Below, one piece after another: positions 11,086-22,423 of a DNA stretch of 64,000 nt. The position numbers and the translations under genes are program-made. This DNA is from Moniliella sp. 'wahieum' (lineage: Eukaryota), in contig RSEE01000070.1 in NCBI GenBank assembly GCA_003971905.1, forward strand, positions 62,001-126,000. The letters run 5' to 3'. Every line of letters starts with the position of its first letter. Position 1 is the stretch's first letter. The notes below the pieces were generated by a model. The model was not told the origin of the DNA. It saw only the letters and a program-made list of their open reading frames with translations, and ran no database searches.

Positions 11086-14046
11086 TCACCTCACAGTCTT
11101 GTCCGGGTCCAACTCGTCGTCCAGCTCCTGTTCCGCACCCAGCGTCGTAGGCTCCGTCGACACGGTGGGGTTCGGGCTGCCGCCGCGGTCGAGGCAGTGG
11201 GGGAGCTGGCGCTGTCCAGCTCCCGCATAGCCAACTTGTCCGTAGCCCCGCCCAAGCCCGGATACGGCATCACCCACTGCCCCGTGGGCAACGGCAGTGC
11301 CGCGCGCGTCCAGTCCAATGCATACGCACTGCGTCCATCGGGGTAATAGACCAACGTGGGCTCTTCCCCCACCAGTGCGACGCCCGCCGCATCCGCCCCG
11401 GATCGGCCACCATGTGCCTGGCATAAACGTCGAAGGAGCAACAAATGGCAGGGGCGGGACAAGTCCTGCTGATCCTTGGTGCGGACTCGATGGATGCGAA
11501 TACCGTGGACCCACCTCCCCGGTTGGCACGGTGCGGGTGGAAGTATCACTAAATCGTCGAGTTTGAATCCGGTTGTGAGAGCCACGCGGCAGCCCGGGTC
11601 CCTGCTCGTCGGGCATCCATGGTGGTAGGAGGGGCATCTGGAAAGCAGTCGGGTTCCCGGTGGAACTGAAACTGGGTTTTATGGAGACAGCAGGGCCAGA
11701 GGGGGCAGGTTCGGCAGTGGAGGTCTCGTTTCCTTCCTGTCCACTATTGATCATAGGCCCTGGCGATCTAGAGCGAGATACGAATGAAGGGGAGAAGACT
11801 GAGGCAGCCTTGTCTTTCTTGATCTTGCTCCTGCTCCTGTTCCTGTTGTTGTTGCTGGGTTTCCACCTTGTCGGTGTCGTTGTCTTTGTGCTTTTCCTTG
11901 CCGGCTGTTTGGACGGGGCGTCTCCCCCTGGTCGGCTTGCCCGTCAATCCCGCGCTGTGCGAAAGGGGTTGGAGCATGGCCTGGGAAGGCACAATCGCCA
12001 TGGAATTCGTTTGACTCTTGCCCAGGCCACGAGCCATAGCCTCAAAGGCAAACGAGCCCCCTACGCCACTAGCGTTGCCCGAGTGGCGCCCCGAGCGGGG
12101 ATGATGTCCCTCGGTCGTATGGGGCAGGTGGCTGGTGCCGCCCAAGCCGAGAGAGAGAGGGGGTGCATGGGTTGCAGCAGCATGGGTGTGGCCGCGCCAT
12201 GAGCGGTAGTTGTTGCCCTGGTATCGTGGCGGGTCTGGTGGGTTGATCGTGTCGTCCCGTTCCTGACACAACTCGGAGACGACCGCAGCCGGTCGTTGCG
12301 AACGGTTGGCCAGGATCTTACTGGCTCGGAAAAATCACCGCGGATAAGGTAGAGCCCAGCCTTGGTTACGGGGCGCGCCACATTGTACTGCAACGCAAAT
12401 GGGTCTTGGATGCACAGCTCGCCCGTCCAGTGGACTGGATCCTTGGGAAGCTGCCTGTGGGGGACTTGATGCTGATCACCTCGTGGGCGTAGGGGAACTC
12501 TTTGCTGAAAAAGGCAAAAAAGCCCATAAGTAAGCTTGCCACATTCTCCGTATTGTCCGAGTGCCACTCCGCACGAACTCGGGCAATATCGTCGTAAAAG
12601 TAAACGTCGTGCCCCTGGAGCAGGGTAAGCGTTGGCGATGAGGACCCATCTCCCTCTCCCTCGTTCTGGTGGGTCATTTAGATGCATATGTTGCAGGTTG
12701 GGAAGCACAGCCGGCTGTTTAACGTGCATCAAAAAGTAGAGAGCTAAGAGCGTGTAGCCATAGATGAAAGTGTTCCCATATACGGAGAGTTGATCTTGCG
12801 CCGCTTGGACCACCTTGAGAAAAAGGACGAGGGTACGTAACCTGGGTGGGTCAACCATCGCATAGCTCAAGAGCAAGCGCGTGTTTTCCAGGGCCAACCG
12901 ATTTTCGAATCCAATGTCGCACGCCAATTCGTACGCTTGGGTCTCCGAAACGCTAGGGAAGACAAGGAGAGTTAGTCGTGTCTAGGTCCTGCTTGGGAGA
13001 AAGAGGGGGCGGGATAGAGCAGACGTACGCTTGTTGATCTTGATAATCGGGATGCGAGCGTGAGGCAAGGGCATGACAATGAAATCAGTGTTCTCGCGAT
13101 CAGCTGGGACAGCTGTTCGACCAATGCGCTGGCCCTCTCAGCCGAAAGGGCAGGCGTATCGGTTCCGGGCGGGGCAGGTGGTGCTAAGGCGGGTGGGGGC
13201 ACAGGGGATTCCGAAGGACCTTGGGTGTCGGAGGACGGGGGGGAGATGGTGGAAGTTGTGGTTTGGTTCCCTGAGCCAAGGCGGGAGAGATGAGACAACA
13301 TAGATCCATGTCCGAGTTGCGAAGGGCAAATCCATTGGCCATGGAGCCAAAGGCGAGGAGCGAGGCAGTTGGGTCGATGCGGCGGGCGATGCGCTCGAGG
13401 TTGCGGCGGAGAGATTCTTTCATGCGATACTCCTCCTCGGTGGGAAGGAGCGGGTTGAGAAAGGTAACGAGGGCCTGGGTGAGTTCAGACTGGAACTTGT
13501 CAAGGGGCATGCCCGGGTGGTGATGGTGATGATTGTGGTGGTGGTAATGATGGTGATGCAGCTGGTGGATGGATGGTTGTTGCTATTGTGGGGCGCATGG
13601 CGCATATGCTGGCGGCTTGAGCTAGGGGCCTGACTCTGTGCACGGGGGGCGATTGGGCGGAGCGTCGCGGGGGCCCGGGGTGGGCGTTTCGGCGCGATCG
13701 CTGCGGTCGAGGGGGCCGGAACGAGGGGGGAGTTGGCTGGATGGGCGCGCTGGTGGGAGGCGGTGGAGGCTGACGAGGATGGCGGAGGCACACTGACGGC
13801 AGCGGGCGCAGGCGGGGCGGTGGCGATGCTCTCACCCGAGTCGGACTCGTTTCCGGTCGGAGCGGGCCGGGGAGGGGCGACGTGGACCGTGTCGGTGTCG
13901 GACCAGAGCGACGGCGAGGGCAGCGGACGCGGCGGCGAGAAGGAGCGCGAGGATGGCGACGGCGACAGTGGCCTTGGATGGCCAGCCGCCCCGACGGGCG
14001 TGGGTGCCCCTGGGTGCCCCACACTGTCCTCCGCGTGCCGGGGCAT
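11086..14046 (-). CDS. Cid1-family non-canonical poly(A)/poly(U) polymerase (terminal nucleotidyltransferase)
   Basis: FGSMANGFALRNSDMDLC (GS-x10-DxD), CDIGFENRLALENTRLLLSYA, PAP-associated domain (LLMGFFAFFSKEFPY..ELCIQDPFALQYNVAR), low-complexity Pro/His-rich N-terminus and long C-tail; intron near 12950-13030. Both ends approximate. Confidence 0.9.
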
Positions 14047-14374
14047 GGTGTGGGCGGGAAGGGGTGGGCGAGTGTGGTGTGGCTCCTGCCTGGCGCATAT
14101 GATGCGCGTGCTTATGAGCGGAGCCCAAAAAGCAGCCTGCACGTACGTAATGCGGCATACTTTGCTTCGCCCTGCTGCGTTGTTAACCTTTTAAGTCCTG
14201 CCCTGGCCTGTGTGCACACAAATAGCCCCTATTTTACCCTTCTACGTCACCCCCCTTCCTCCTTGCGGAAATAAGGAGTGATAAGCCATGCAAGGCGTCG
14301 TCAGCTTCATCCTCTTCATGGGCGTCCCCTGCCCATCCCACTAGACTTCCCATAACCCCAATAGCCGCTCGAGC

Positions 14375-15417
14375 TTAGACGCGCCCTTGCCTGATCTTGC
14401 GGGCACGCATCTTCTTGAGCAGCTTGCGGTGCTTGTGCTTGCGCATCTTGCTCTTGCGCTTACGCCGCGTCGAGTCGAGCCAGAGCGACGCTGCTGACCC
14501 AGCGGCAAGGAGGCTGTAAATGTGGCTGTGTCTACTACTGGCAACGCGCGGTCGAGCGGCACCAGCGAGCCACGGCCCAGGCGTTCATCCGCTTCCCGCA
14601 GCGCCTGGTCCCATCGAATCCGTGCTCCCACAGTCTCAACAAAGTGCTGGTTGGTAGCCAAGTCCTTGAGGTCCAGCAGCCGATCGCGCGTTGCCTCTGT
14701 CGCATCGACAGTGGCTTGGTCCAGCATACAGGCTCAACCGATACCGCAGCTCACTGGAGCGGGGCAGATCGGATGGGTCCGGGAGCCAGGTAATGGGTGA
14801 GCCTCCAGCATGCCATTCGATGTCTCGGCATCCTCAGGCAGATCCTCAGCGGCGACTGGGATTTGCAATGGCTTCCTCCCACCCGAGGGGGCCCAGGGAC
14901 AGCGCCCCGTAGCGGCACGACGCAGCATTGCCTCGTTTTGGCGCTGCGTCGCATCGAATGCCCGGACCGTTGCCAAGAGTCCAGCCATCGGGGCAAGGCT
15001 TGGGCCGAGGCGGTGCGGGGACGAGCCACCTCGTTGGGACGGGCAGGGATGGGGGACGCGAGGAACATCTTGCCAAGCCCAGCGGCAGGCGATGCAGGCG
15101 AAGCAGGGGCAGGGGCAGGGGCAGATGCATGAGCGGAGGGGGCAGCAGCCTTGGACTTGGCGGCAGGGGTGGGGAGTGTGGCGGCAGGAGTGGATGCAGA
15201 GTCGTTGAGGGCGCGTTGGAGGAGAGACGGTCGTGGGGGCCCTTGGGCTTGAGGCCCTGGGTCGAGGTAGAAGCATGCGAGGAGGAGGAGGAGGAGGAGT
15301 AGGTGCGCACGCCGCGTGCAACTGGCGCGGAGCGCAGTGTGCGTGTGGCGGCGGTGGTGGCCAGGGGCGCGACAGGCGCAGCGGCATGGCCGCAAGGGAG
15401 GGTGGGGCGGAGAGCAT
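14375..15417 (-). CDS. COX24: Mitochondrial small-subunit protein mS38/Cox24 (DUF1713 C-terminal domain)
   Basis: Hand-translated C-terminus LWLDSTRRKRKSKMRKHKHRKLLKKMRARKIRQGRV* matches the DUF1713 pattern. The Arg/Ser-rich N-terminus resembles a mitochondrial presequence. Start uncertain; frameshifted. Confidence 0.8.
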
Positions 15418-15644
15418 CGATGGTGGCAACCAGCCGTCTCCCGGGCGCTGCCGATGTGGTTTGGGCGAGCAGCAGCCTGGGCGCAGGAAGGCATCCCGCC
15501 TGCCACCGCCTGCCGGGGGGCACTCTCCCATCCCCCGTCCCCTTCCGCCTGTCCTGCATTTCCGCCCTGTCATTCCCTGCTGCCATGGCCTGTGACATGT
15601 GACGCAATCCAAGAGTGGCCGTTGAAATGTAAAATGGACAATGC

Positions 15645-16723
15645 TTAAAACTCAACCCCTCCTCGCTTCAGCGCGCCAGCACTGCCTGCCACGCCTGAGT
15701 GCCGGCGGCCGTGGTTGGCCAGGCGCAAACAGAGCCAGCGCCGACTCGACCACGTGCTGCCATCCGTGCACCATGTCCAGTTGGGCGACGAGGTGAGATG
15801 GGCGACATGGTCAAAGTCCTGCACGCGCACGTCTGTCTCCCCCGCATCCTCCCTCGCTGCTCCCGGCAGGCGTCCAATGCGGAGCCGGCGGCACCCCTCG
15901 AGCGTGATGGCACCCAACGTGCTCAAAAGACATACACCCCGCCGAATCATGCATCCGATACTGCCCCGTGTCAGTCGGCTGAGTAACAGCAAACACAAGA
16001 ACAAGCAAGGCGGGACGTACCTGACGACACTGAACTGCTACCAGCGTCTCTTCGCAGTCATGGAGGAGTACACTGCCCTCCACGGTGCCTAGCAAGACCA
16101 CAGACCTCCGGACCTGCCGGAAACACGGCCTGTAACCCTTTACCTGGCGCAGGTCCACCGTACATCCATCCAGGTCGGACAGGTGCAGGTCCCCACTACC
16201 TTCCAGCACAGCATCCGAGGCGAGAGCGACTCTCCGACGCGGTGCTCCCATCTCCTAGCTGGCCGGGGCGGTGGTACGGCAACCTCAACCGGTTCTGCCT
16301 GGACAGCAGGAGCAGGCGGTACGGTGCCTGACTGAGGAGAAGGACGAGCAGGAGCAGCAGTACGCTTGAAGCTGAACTTACTCTTGGTCTTGTTCAGCGC
16401 TGCCCGCCGGGCGGTCAAGTCGGTATTGAGTTGTCCCAGCGCGGTGGCATAGGTGTTTTGATCTCGTGGCGGGATATCATCATGCACCTCGTTAACCCAC
16501 GCTCGCATGGATGCGAGCTGTTGCAACGGAGCCGTCAGTTCAGCTGGCGTGCGTGCTTCTGCAATCTCGGTCTGAGCCGCTTGAGAAGGAGCATGGGTCA
16601 GCCTGGTGCGCTGCCCAGAGCAAAAAAAGAGGGATACCCACATTTGATTCTTGCCATAATGTCATGGTAGATTGCGGTAGCCCGATCGGCCTTGGAGAGT
16701 TGCGCAAGGTCACTGCGGTCCAT
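15645..16723 (-). CDS. Tubulin-binding cofactor C (TBCC/Cin2)
   Basis: N-terminal helical region ending KSKFSFKRT, then a beta-helix (LHLSDLDGCTVDL, LLGTVEGSVLLHDCEETLVAVQCRQ-intron-YRMHDS) and VQDFDH..SPNW, typical of the TBCC C-CAP/cofactor C domain. Confidence 0.85.
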
Positions 16724-16903
16724 GGGTTGCGCCTGTCGCTCTAGTGGTGGTGCAAAGCCACAAAAGCCGGAGGCCCATTTGTGGCCCATCTGTTTGAAAT
16801 TGCAGATCCCCTTGAGCCTGCGCCACACGCTCGCTCCCCTCGCTGTGCTTTGACAGTCTACTTGTTCTCTTGTTCAATACCACCACCACCTTACCACCCA
16901 GCG

Positions 16904-18020
16904 ATGCCCTCTCAAGATGTACACTTCACCATGCCGGATGGGACCATACTAGATGGGGTGGTATCCGACCCTTCTGGTGCTGAGCCTCCCACTGCGCTGT
17001 GTATCGTGGGCCACGTACGTCCCTTCAGTTGACTTTCGCCGGCGGACAAGGCCAACTAATCTAATCGATCTGCTACCTCTCCATATGAATTGTCTGCATC
17101 CGTCAGCCCTGGGCACGGTTGGGAGGAACGATGCACGATGCGGTAGTGGGTTTGTTGGCGCGCTCAATGGCTGAAGCAAGGGTGGTGCGCTTCAATGCTC
17201 GTGGAGCACAGCCAGGAACCCAGACGACCTGGACGGGTTCGACCGAAGCAGAGGACTACCAGGCTGTCGTGGAGGCATCCTGCCACAGCTTTTCGCAACT
17301 CTGGCCGGAGGCAAAGGGCGTTCATCTGATTTTGGCGGTATGGCACTTTCACTTCTATTGGGCTGGGTGGGGGAGGGGGACGAGCGATCAAGTACTGACC
17401 CTACATGTTCTTCGCCTGCTTGACAGGGCTACTCAGCCGGTGCGGTTCAGTGAGTATCGGATGGGCACCAATCAATATGAGGTCAAGGGATTGTAGACTA
17501 ACGTTGTGTCCATTCAGGGCCTCGTTTGCTTCCGCCCCAACCCCGACACCGCCTTTTTTGGAAAGCAGAGAGGGGGCGAGGGTGACGTACCTACTGGTCT
17601 CCTATCCTCTTGGGGTGCTCTGGGCGCTGCACCTCACTCGCTCCTCGGCGGTGCAGGCTCGCTTGGAGGCTCTGGCGCAAGACGCCCACGGCGCGCAGGT
17701 CCTGTTCGTTTATGGTGACGGAGACCAGTTACCAGCGCGGAGGTTCGTCTCGATCTCAATCGTGTGTGTGGGTTGGTCTAACGTATACGTGGATGGTGCG
17801 GTATCAGCGGTACGATCGTCTAGCTCGTCGCCTGGCCAGCGCCTCGGCTGCGTTTCGTTGCGTGCGAGTGGAGGGCGAGGACCATTTCTGGAGGGGAAGG
17901 GATGCCAGGGCGCGCTTGGCTGCCGCAGCGTCCACGCTCGCCAGAGGCGGAGGGGTGCGCCCGATGGCTGATGGCCGAGATGGTGAGGTTGATGCGGGGG
18001 CGGCAACTGGTTTCAACTGA
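16904..18020 (+). CDS. Small alpha/beta-fold hydrolase, multi-exon
   Basis: LCIVGH / LGGTMHDAVV..VVRFNARG, nucleophile elbow GYSAG (ggctactcagccggt at ~17428), LVSYP, VYGDGDQ and EGEDHFW; several short GT-AG introns. Confidence 0.8.
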
Positions 18021-18413
18021 GCCGACAGGTGAGGGCTTGGCGTTCTGGAGATCTGAGATTGTAAATCCACACCACACGACGGGGACGCGTGGACCGCAGA
18101 GGGAGTTGAAATGTTGCAGCTGAGGCGGCGCGCGAAGACGCAAGGACACTGGTGCTGTGCCGCCCACCCTGCCAACAGAGTCATTGGTTTCAATGTTGGA
18201 GAAAAACGGCTGGGGAACGAAAAAAAAACGCAGGGCGGATTCGCGATGGCGGGGACAGTGGCTAGTCACTCACCACTCATTGGCTTGGGTGCTTTCCAGC
18301 GGTTAAGCACACAAACCTTCTTCCCGCCCCTTCTCCCTCTCCTCCCATCCCCTCCCATCCCATCCCCCCGCTTGTCCCGGCCACCACCACCATCTCCCAT
18401 CCCTGCGCTGGTA

Positions 18414-21400
18414 ATGGAGGCACAGATCGTGCAGGCCGTCGAGCTGCCTCCCAGCCGGCCTCCGCCGACGCCGCTCTCCGCACACAGGCGCTCGAGTTTG
18501 TCAACCAGCTCCAGGCCAACCCCCACGCTGCCTGGACGGCCGGGTGGAATGTGTATGCCGACCCCGCGCACCCACTCCTTGCTCGCATCTTTGGCCTCAC
18601 CCTCGTCAACCAGTTCCTCGCTGTGGCTGACCCCTCGTCGCCTGACACGGCCGCCGCCGTGGATTACCTCCAGCACGCCCTCCTGGCCCACATCCACGCC
18701 GCCTACGTCGCTGCCGCCACCCCACCCGACCCAGCAGTAGCAAGCAAGTTGGCTCAAACCGCAGCCTACATCCTTGCCCAGTCATATGCTCAGCCGTCCG
18801 ACAAGCCCCTCCTCCCCTCCCTCTTTGCCCTCTTGCTGGCCGGCGTCCCTGACCCGGCGTCCTCCACCTCGCCACAGCCACCACTCAACGCTCTCGTTTC
18901 TGATCTTGTTCTCCGCATCCTCCACGACCTCTCTCTAAGTCTTGGATCTGACGTGTCCATCCGCGCGACCAAGGGCCGCGACGCGCTGGTGCGCGACAAT
19001 TTTGTAAAAGACGCCATTCGCGCCCAGGACGCTGCGGCCTTGGCGGAGCAGGTGACCTCGCTTGCGGAGGCTGCGCTGGTTCAGGTCAATGCTCGTGCGC
19101 AACGGGGAGCGCCCGCGCCTACGTCGTCGGACCCAGCACTGCAGGACCGTGCTCTGAACGAATCCAATGCGATTGGCATTCTGCGCCAGGCGCTCACCTG
19201 CATTGGCGACTATGCGTCGTGGCTCGACCTGGCACTGATGGTCACCCCACGCAGTGTTGAGCTGCTGCTGCGCTCGCTCCACCTGCCTTACCCGGATGTG
19301 CGTTGCTCGGCTGCGGAAGCACTGCTGGAGATTGTTTCCAAGGGGATGAAGCCTGCCGACAAGCAACAGCTTCTCACCCTCTTGGGTCTCACCCCGGTCT
19401 TGGCCCAATTGGAACGCCAGACCCGATCGGCCGGCACACACGCCCAAGTCCTCTCGCTCGGTCTGGACACCAGCCCGATACCAGTTTCCAGCCGAGTCCC
19501 TTGGCGGACAGTGCGGAAACTAGCGAGTTCCGCGAGCGCCTGGCCAAACTCGTTGATGGTATCACCTTTGAGTTGAGCAAGATTGTAGACGAGACGAGCA
19601 CGGCCCAAGATGCTGCGCTGCTGGCTTCGACGCGCCAAGCCGCGGCCGAGATGCTGCAACTGCACCTCCCTCTTGTTCTTGTCTTTTGGCAGACGAAGAC
19701 GATGGCCCGTCGGAGCAGGTCATCCAATCGATTTACAGTGTCCTGGCCATGTTCAAGAAACTCAAGCGGCGAACCGACCCGGACGCGGGACTGGTCCTGA
19801 ACCAACAAGGTGTACTAAACAAGCTCATGGCGGTCGTATGTCAGAAGCTCAAGTACGATGGGGACCATGAATGGACAGGCCTTGGGTCGGAAGAAGACAC
19901 AGACGATGCCGATGAAGAGGAGGATCCCGACTCGGACGAGGCTTTGTTTTACCAGCTGCGCAAGGCATTGCAGCAGATTGCAGCCTCAGTGGCTGGTCTG
20001 GATGTCGCACTCTTCTCGAGCTCGATGCAGAGTGTGATCGTGGGAACGTTGGACCGATACGAGGCGAGCGCCAAAAGTGGCGGCACGATCGCCCCGCCCA
20101 CCTGGCAGGACCTGGAGGTGGCCCTCTACACTACTTTTTTCTTTGGCGAAGTTCTCATCTCGCAGGCCTCCCCGCTGAGCAAGGCCGGTCTGACCTCCCT
20201 CTCCTTTGTCGAGGCCGACAGTGTACCTGTGCCCCCAGCTATGCCCGGGTCCAAGCGGGTGATGCAGCCCCGACTGACCAGCGACCAGTTGCGCGCTCTG
20301 CCACTCTCCTTCTTGGGCCAAACAGTGGAACGGGTGTTGCTCAGTGGTGTTGCCGACTTTCCTCACCCAGCGGTGCAGCTGCGTGTTGAGTGTTTGGTAC
20401 GATACAGCGCTTTCTTTGCGGTACGACCCAACTTGCTGCAGGAGGCGCTCACCTACTTTCTTGATACGCGGGGCATCCATCGGCCTCAACCTGGATTCCG
20501 CAGGCGGGCCAATTACCTCTTTTCTCGCTTTGTTCGGGAAACGCGTACCAGCATTGCGCTCGATATGGTCCCCACCATCCTCCATACCATGCTCGACACG
20601 CTCGTCATCCGTGCTGTTCTGCCCCCGCGACGCAGGGAGAAGACGTGCTGGTCAAGGCGACGGAGCGGGTCGGAGCGTTTGAGAGCCAGCTCCATCTATT
20701 TGATGCGATCGGGACCCTGTTGGCTCTGTTTGTCGCCGAGCCCGAGCGCCAAACTTCCCTTTTGTCTCTGATTGTCTCGCCCCTCACCCAAAACCTAACC
20801 GAGGCCGTGCAAGCGTTTGACGCCTCGGGCCACACTGACCTGACCATGGTTCTGCAAGTGCACCACGTCATCCTGGCCATGAGCACCCTGGCCAAGGGCT
20901 TCCCCGATGTGACCCACCTGAGCGCGAATGGGACTGGGACCGATGCGGGCAATGGGACGGGCACGCCCGCCTGGGTGGATGCATTCAAGGTCATCACAGA
21001 GCAGATCATGACCGCCGTTGCTGCGCTCCGGTCCTATATCATTCGCGAGGCAGGACGAGGCGCGTTTTCACGGATCATCAACACGATTGGCCGTCATGCG
21101 TTGCCGTTTGTGCCCGTGTTGATTGAAGCGGTGCTAAGCGAGCTGTCGGCCGAGAGATGATGGACAGCCTGGCTTTCCTTACAATGCTCATCAACAAGTA
21201 CAAGCAGGACCTGCGCTCCATCTTGGACGATATCTTCCTTGTCCTCCTCGAACGCACTTTCTTCTTCCTCAACCAGCCTGTCACAGGACAGACGAGTCGC
21301 TGGAACGGGCCTCGCTCCAAAAGGCGTATACCACATTTATCTCCAACTTGGTCAGCGCGGCTGGATGGTGTGCTGGTGTCGGAAAGTACGTTGGCGCTCT

Positions 21401-21882
21401 CCTTTCCTCTTCTTCTTTTTTCACTACGAAGTACTAACCCCTCTTCAGAAAACCAAGGCCAATTGCAGCCGATTCTACAGAGCCTAGTGTACTATGCTGG
21501 AAACGCGACGGACAAGCTGGTGCAGCGGAGCGCGCTGACGACGCTGTCCAACATTGTGCTGGCCTGGGGGACGACAATGGAGGGGTTCCAAACGTTTTGC
21601 TATGACACCCTGTTCCGCTGATCTTTGAGACGCCGGCCAAGCCCGGCTTTGACTTGGCCGACGCGCAGACGCAACAAGTGCTGCTCGATCTGTGGCCTGG
21701 CCAAACGGTTGTACGCGACGCGCGGGGACGAGCTGCTGTCGTACCTGGTGACAGGCTACTTCCCCAACATCCACTGCCCGGCCGACTTGGCGACCGACAT
21801 GGCGCAAGGCCTCAAATCGCTCGACTCAAAGGCGTACCGCAAGCTGCTGACCAAGTTTGCCCAAGCCTCGACAGGGGCCTGA
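18414..21882 (+). CDS. LOS1: Exportin-T (tRNA exportin)
   Basis: MEAQIVQAVE, NFVKDAIR, IGDYASWLD, EIVSKGMKP, WQDLEVALY, ECLVRYSAFF, FLDTRGIH..RRRANYLFSRFVR, FESQLHLFDAIG, VHHVILAMSTLAKGFPD, RGDELLSYL; multiple frameshifts. Confidence 0.92.
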
Positions 21883-22423
21883 CTCGCCTCACCCATATCT
21901 TAATCGCACACCCGCCCTTCATCCGTTCATCTCCTCATATCCTCCCTGTCGCCCCGCGGTCGTCCTTGCCTCCGTCCCACGCGCGCCCCGCGCCCGGGGT
22001 CCTCCACGCCCCCAATGTCGCGCGGGTCAGACGATCTGTTGCGTGCTGGGATGTTGGCACGCTGCAGCAGCGTATACCTGCTGTCTCGCTGCGAGACCCC
22101 CATCTCCCTCCCCCCCCAAAATGAATCCCCAGCGACTACTTGGATGTAGCGCTGTCCATGTGCTGTCTTGCCTCGTAGCTTTCTTGTTAGCCAGGTGCTT
22201 CCCCAGCTGCCAGTACGAATTGCGACATTGAAAGAGCGAGCGGTGGAATTTGAAAGTTGAACTGGGACCGGAGGCAGACTGGCGCTGTGCCGCGTGGGCC
22301 GAGCAACGCAACATGAACATCTATCCACCAGTGGGTTGCGTCCCGCCCCCACCAGCTGACGCTCCTCCCCGCGAACGCCATCGCGCTGCCTGGACACTCC
22401 GCCGCCTGCGCTGTCCCCTGTCC

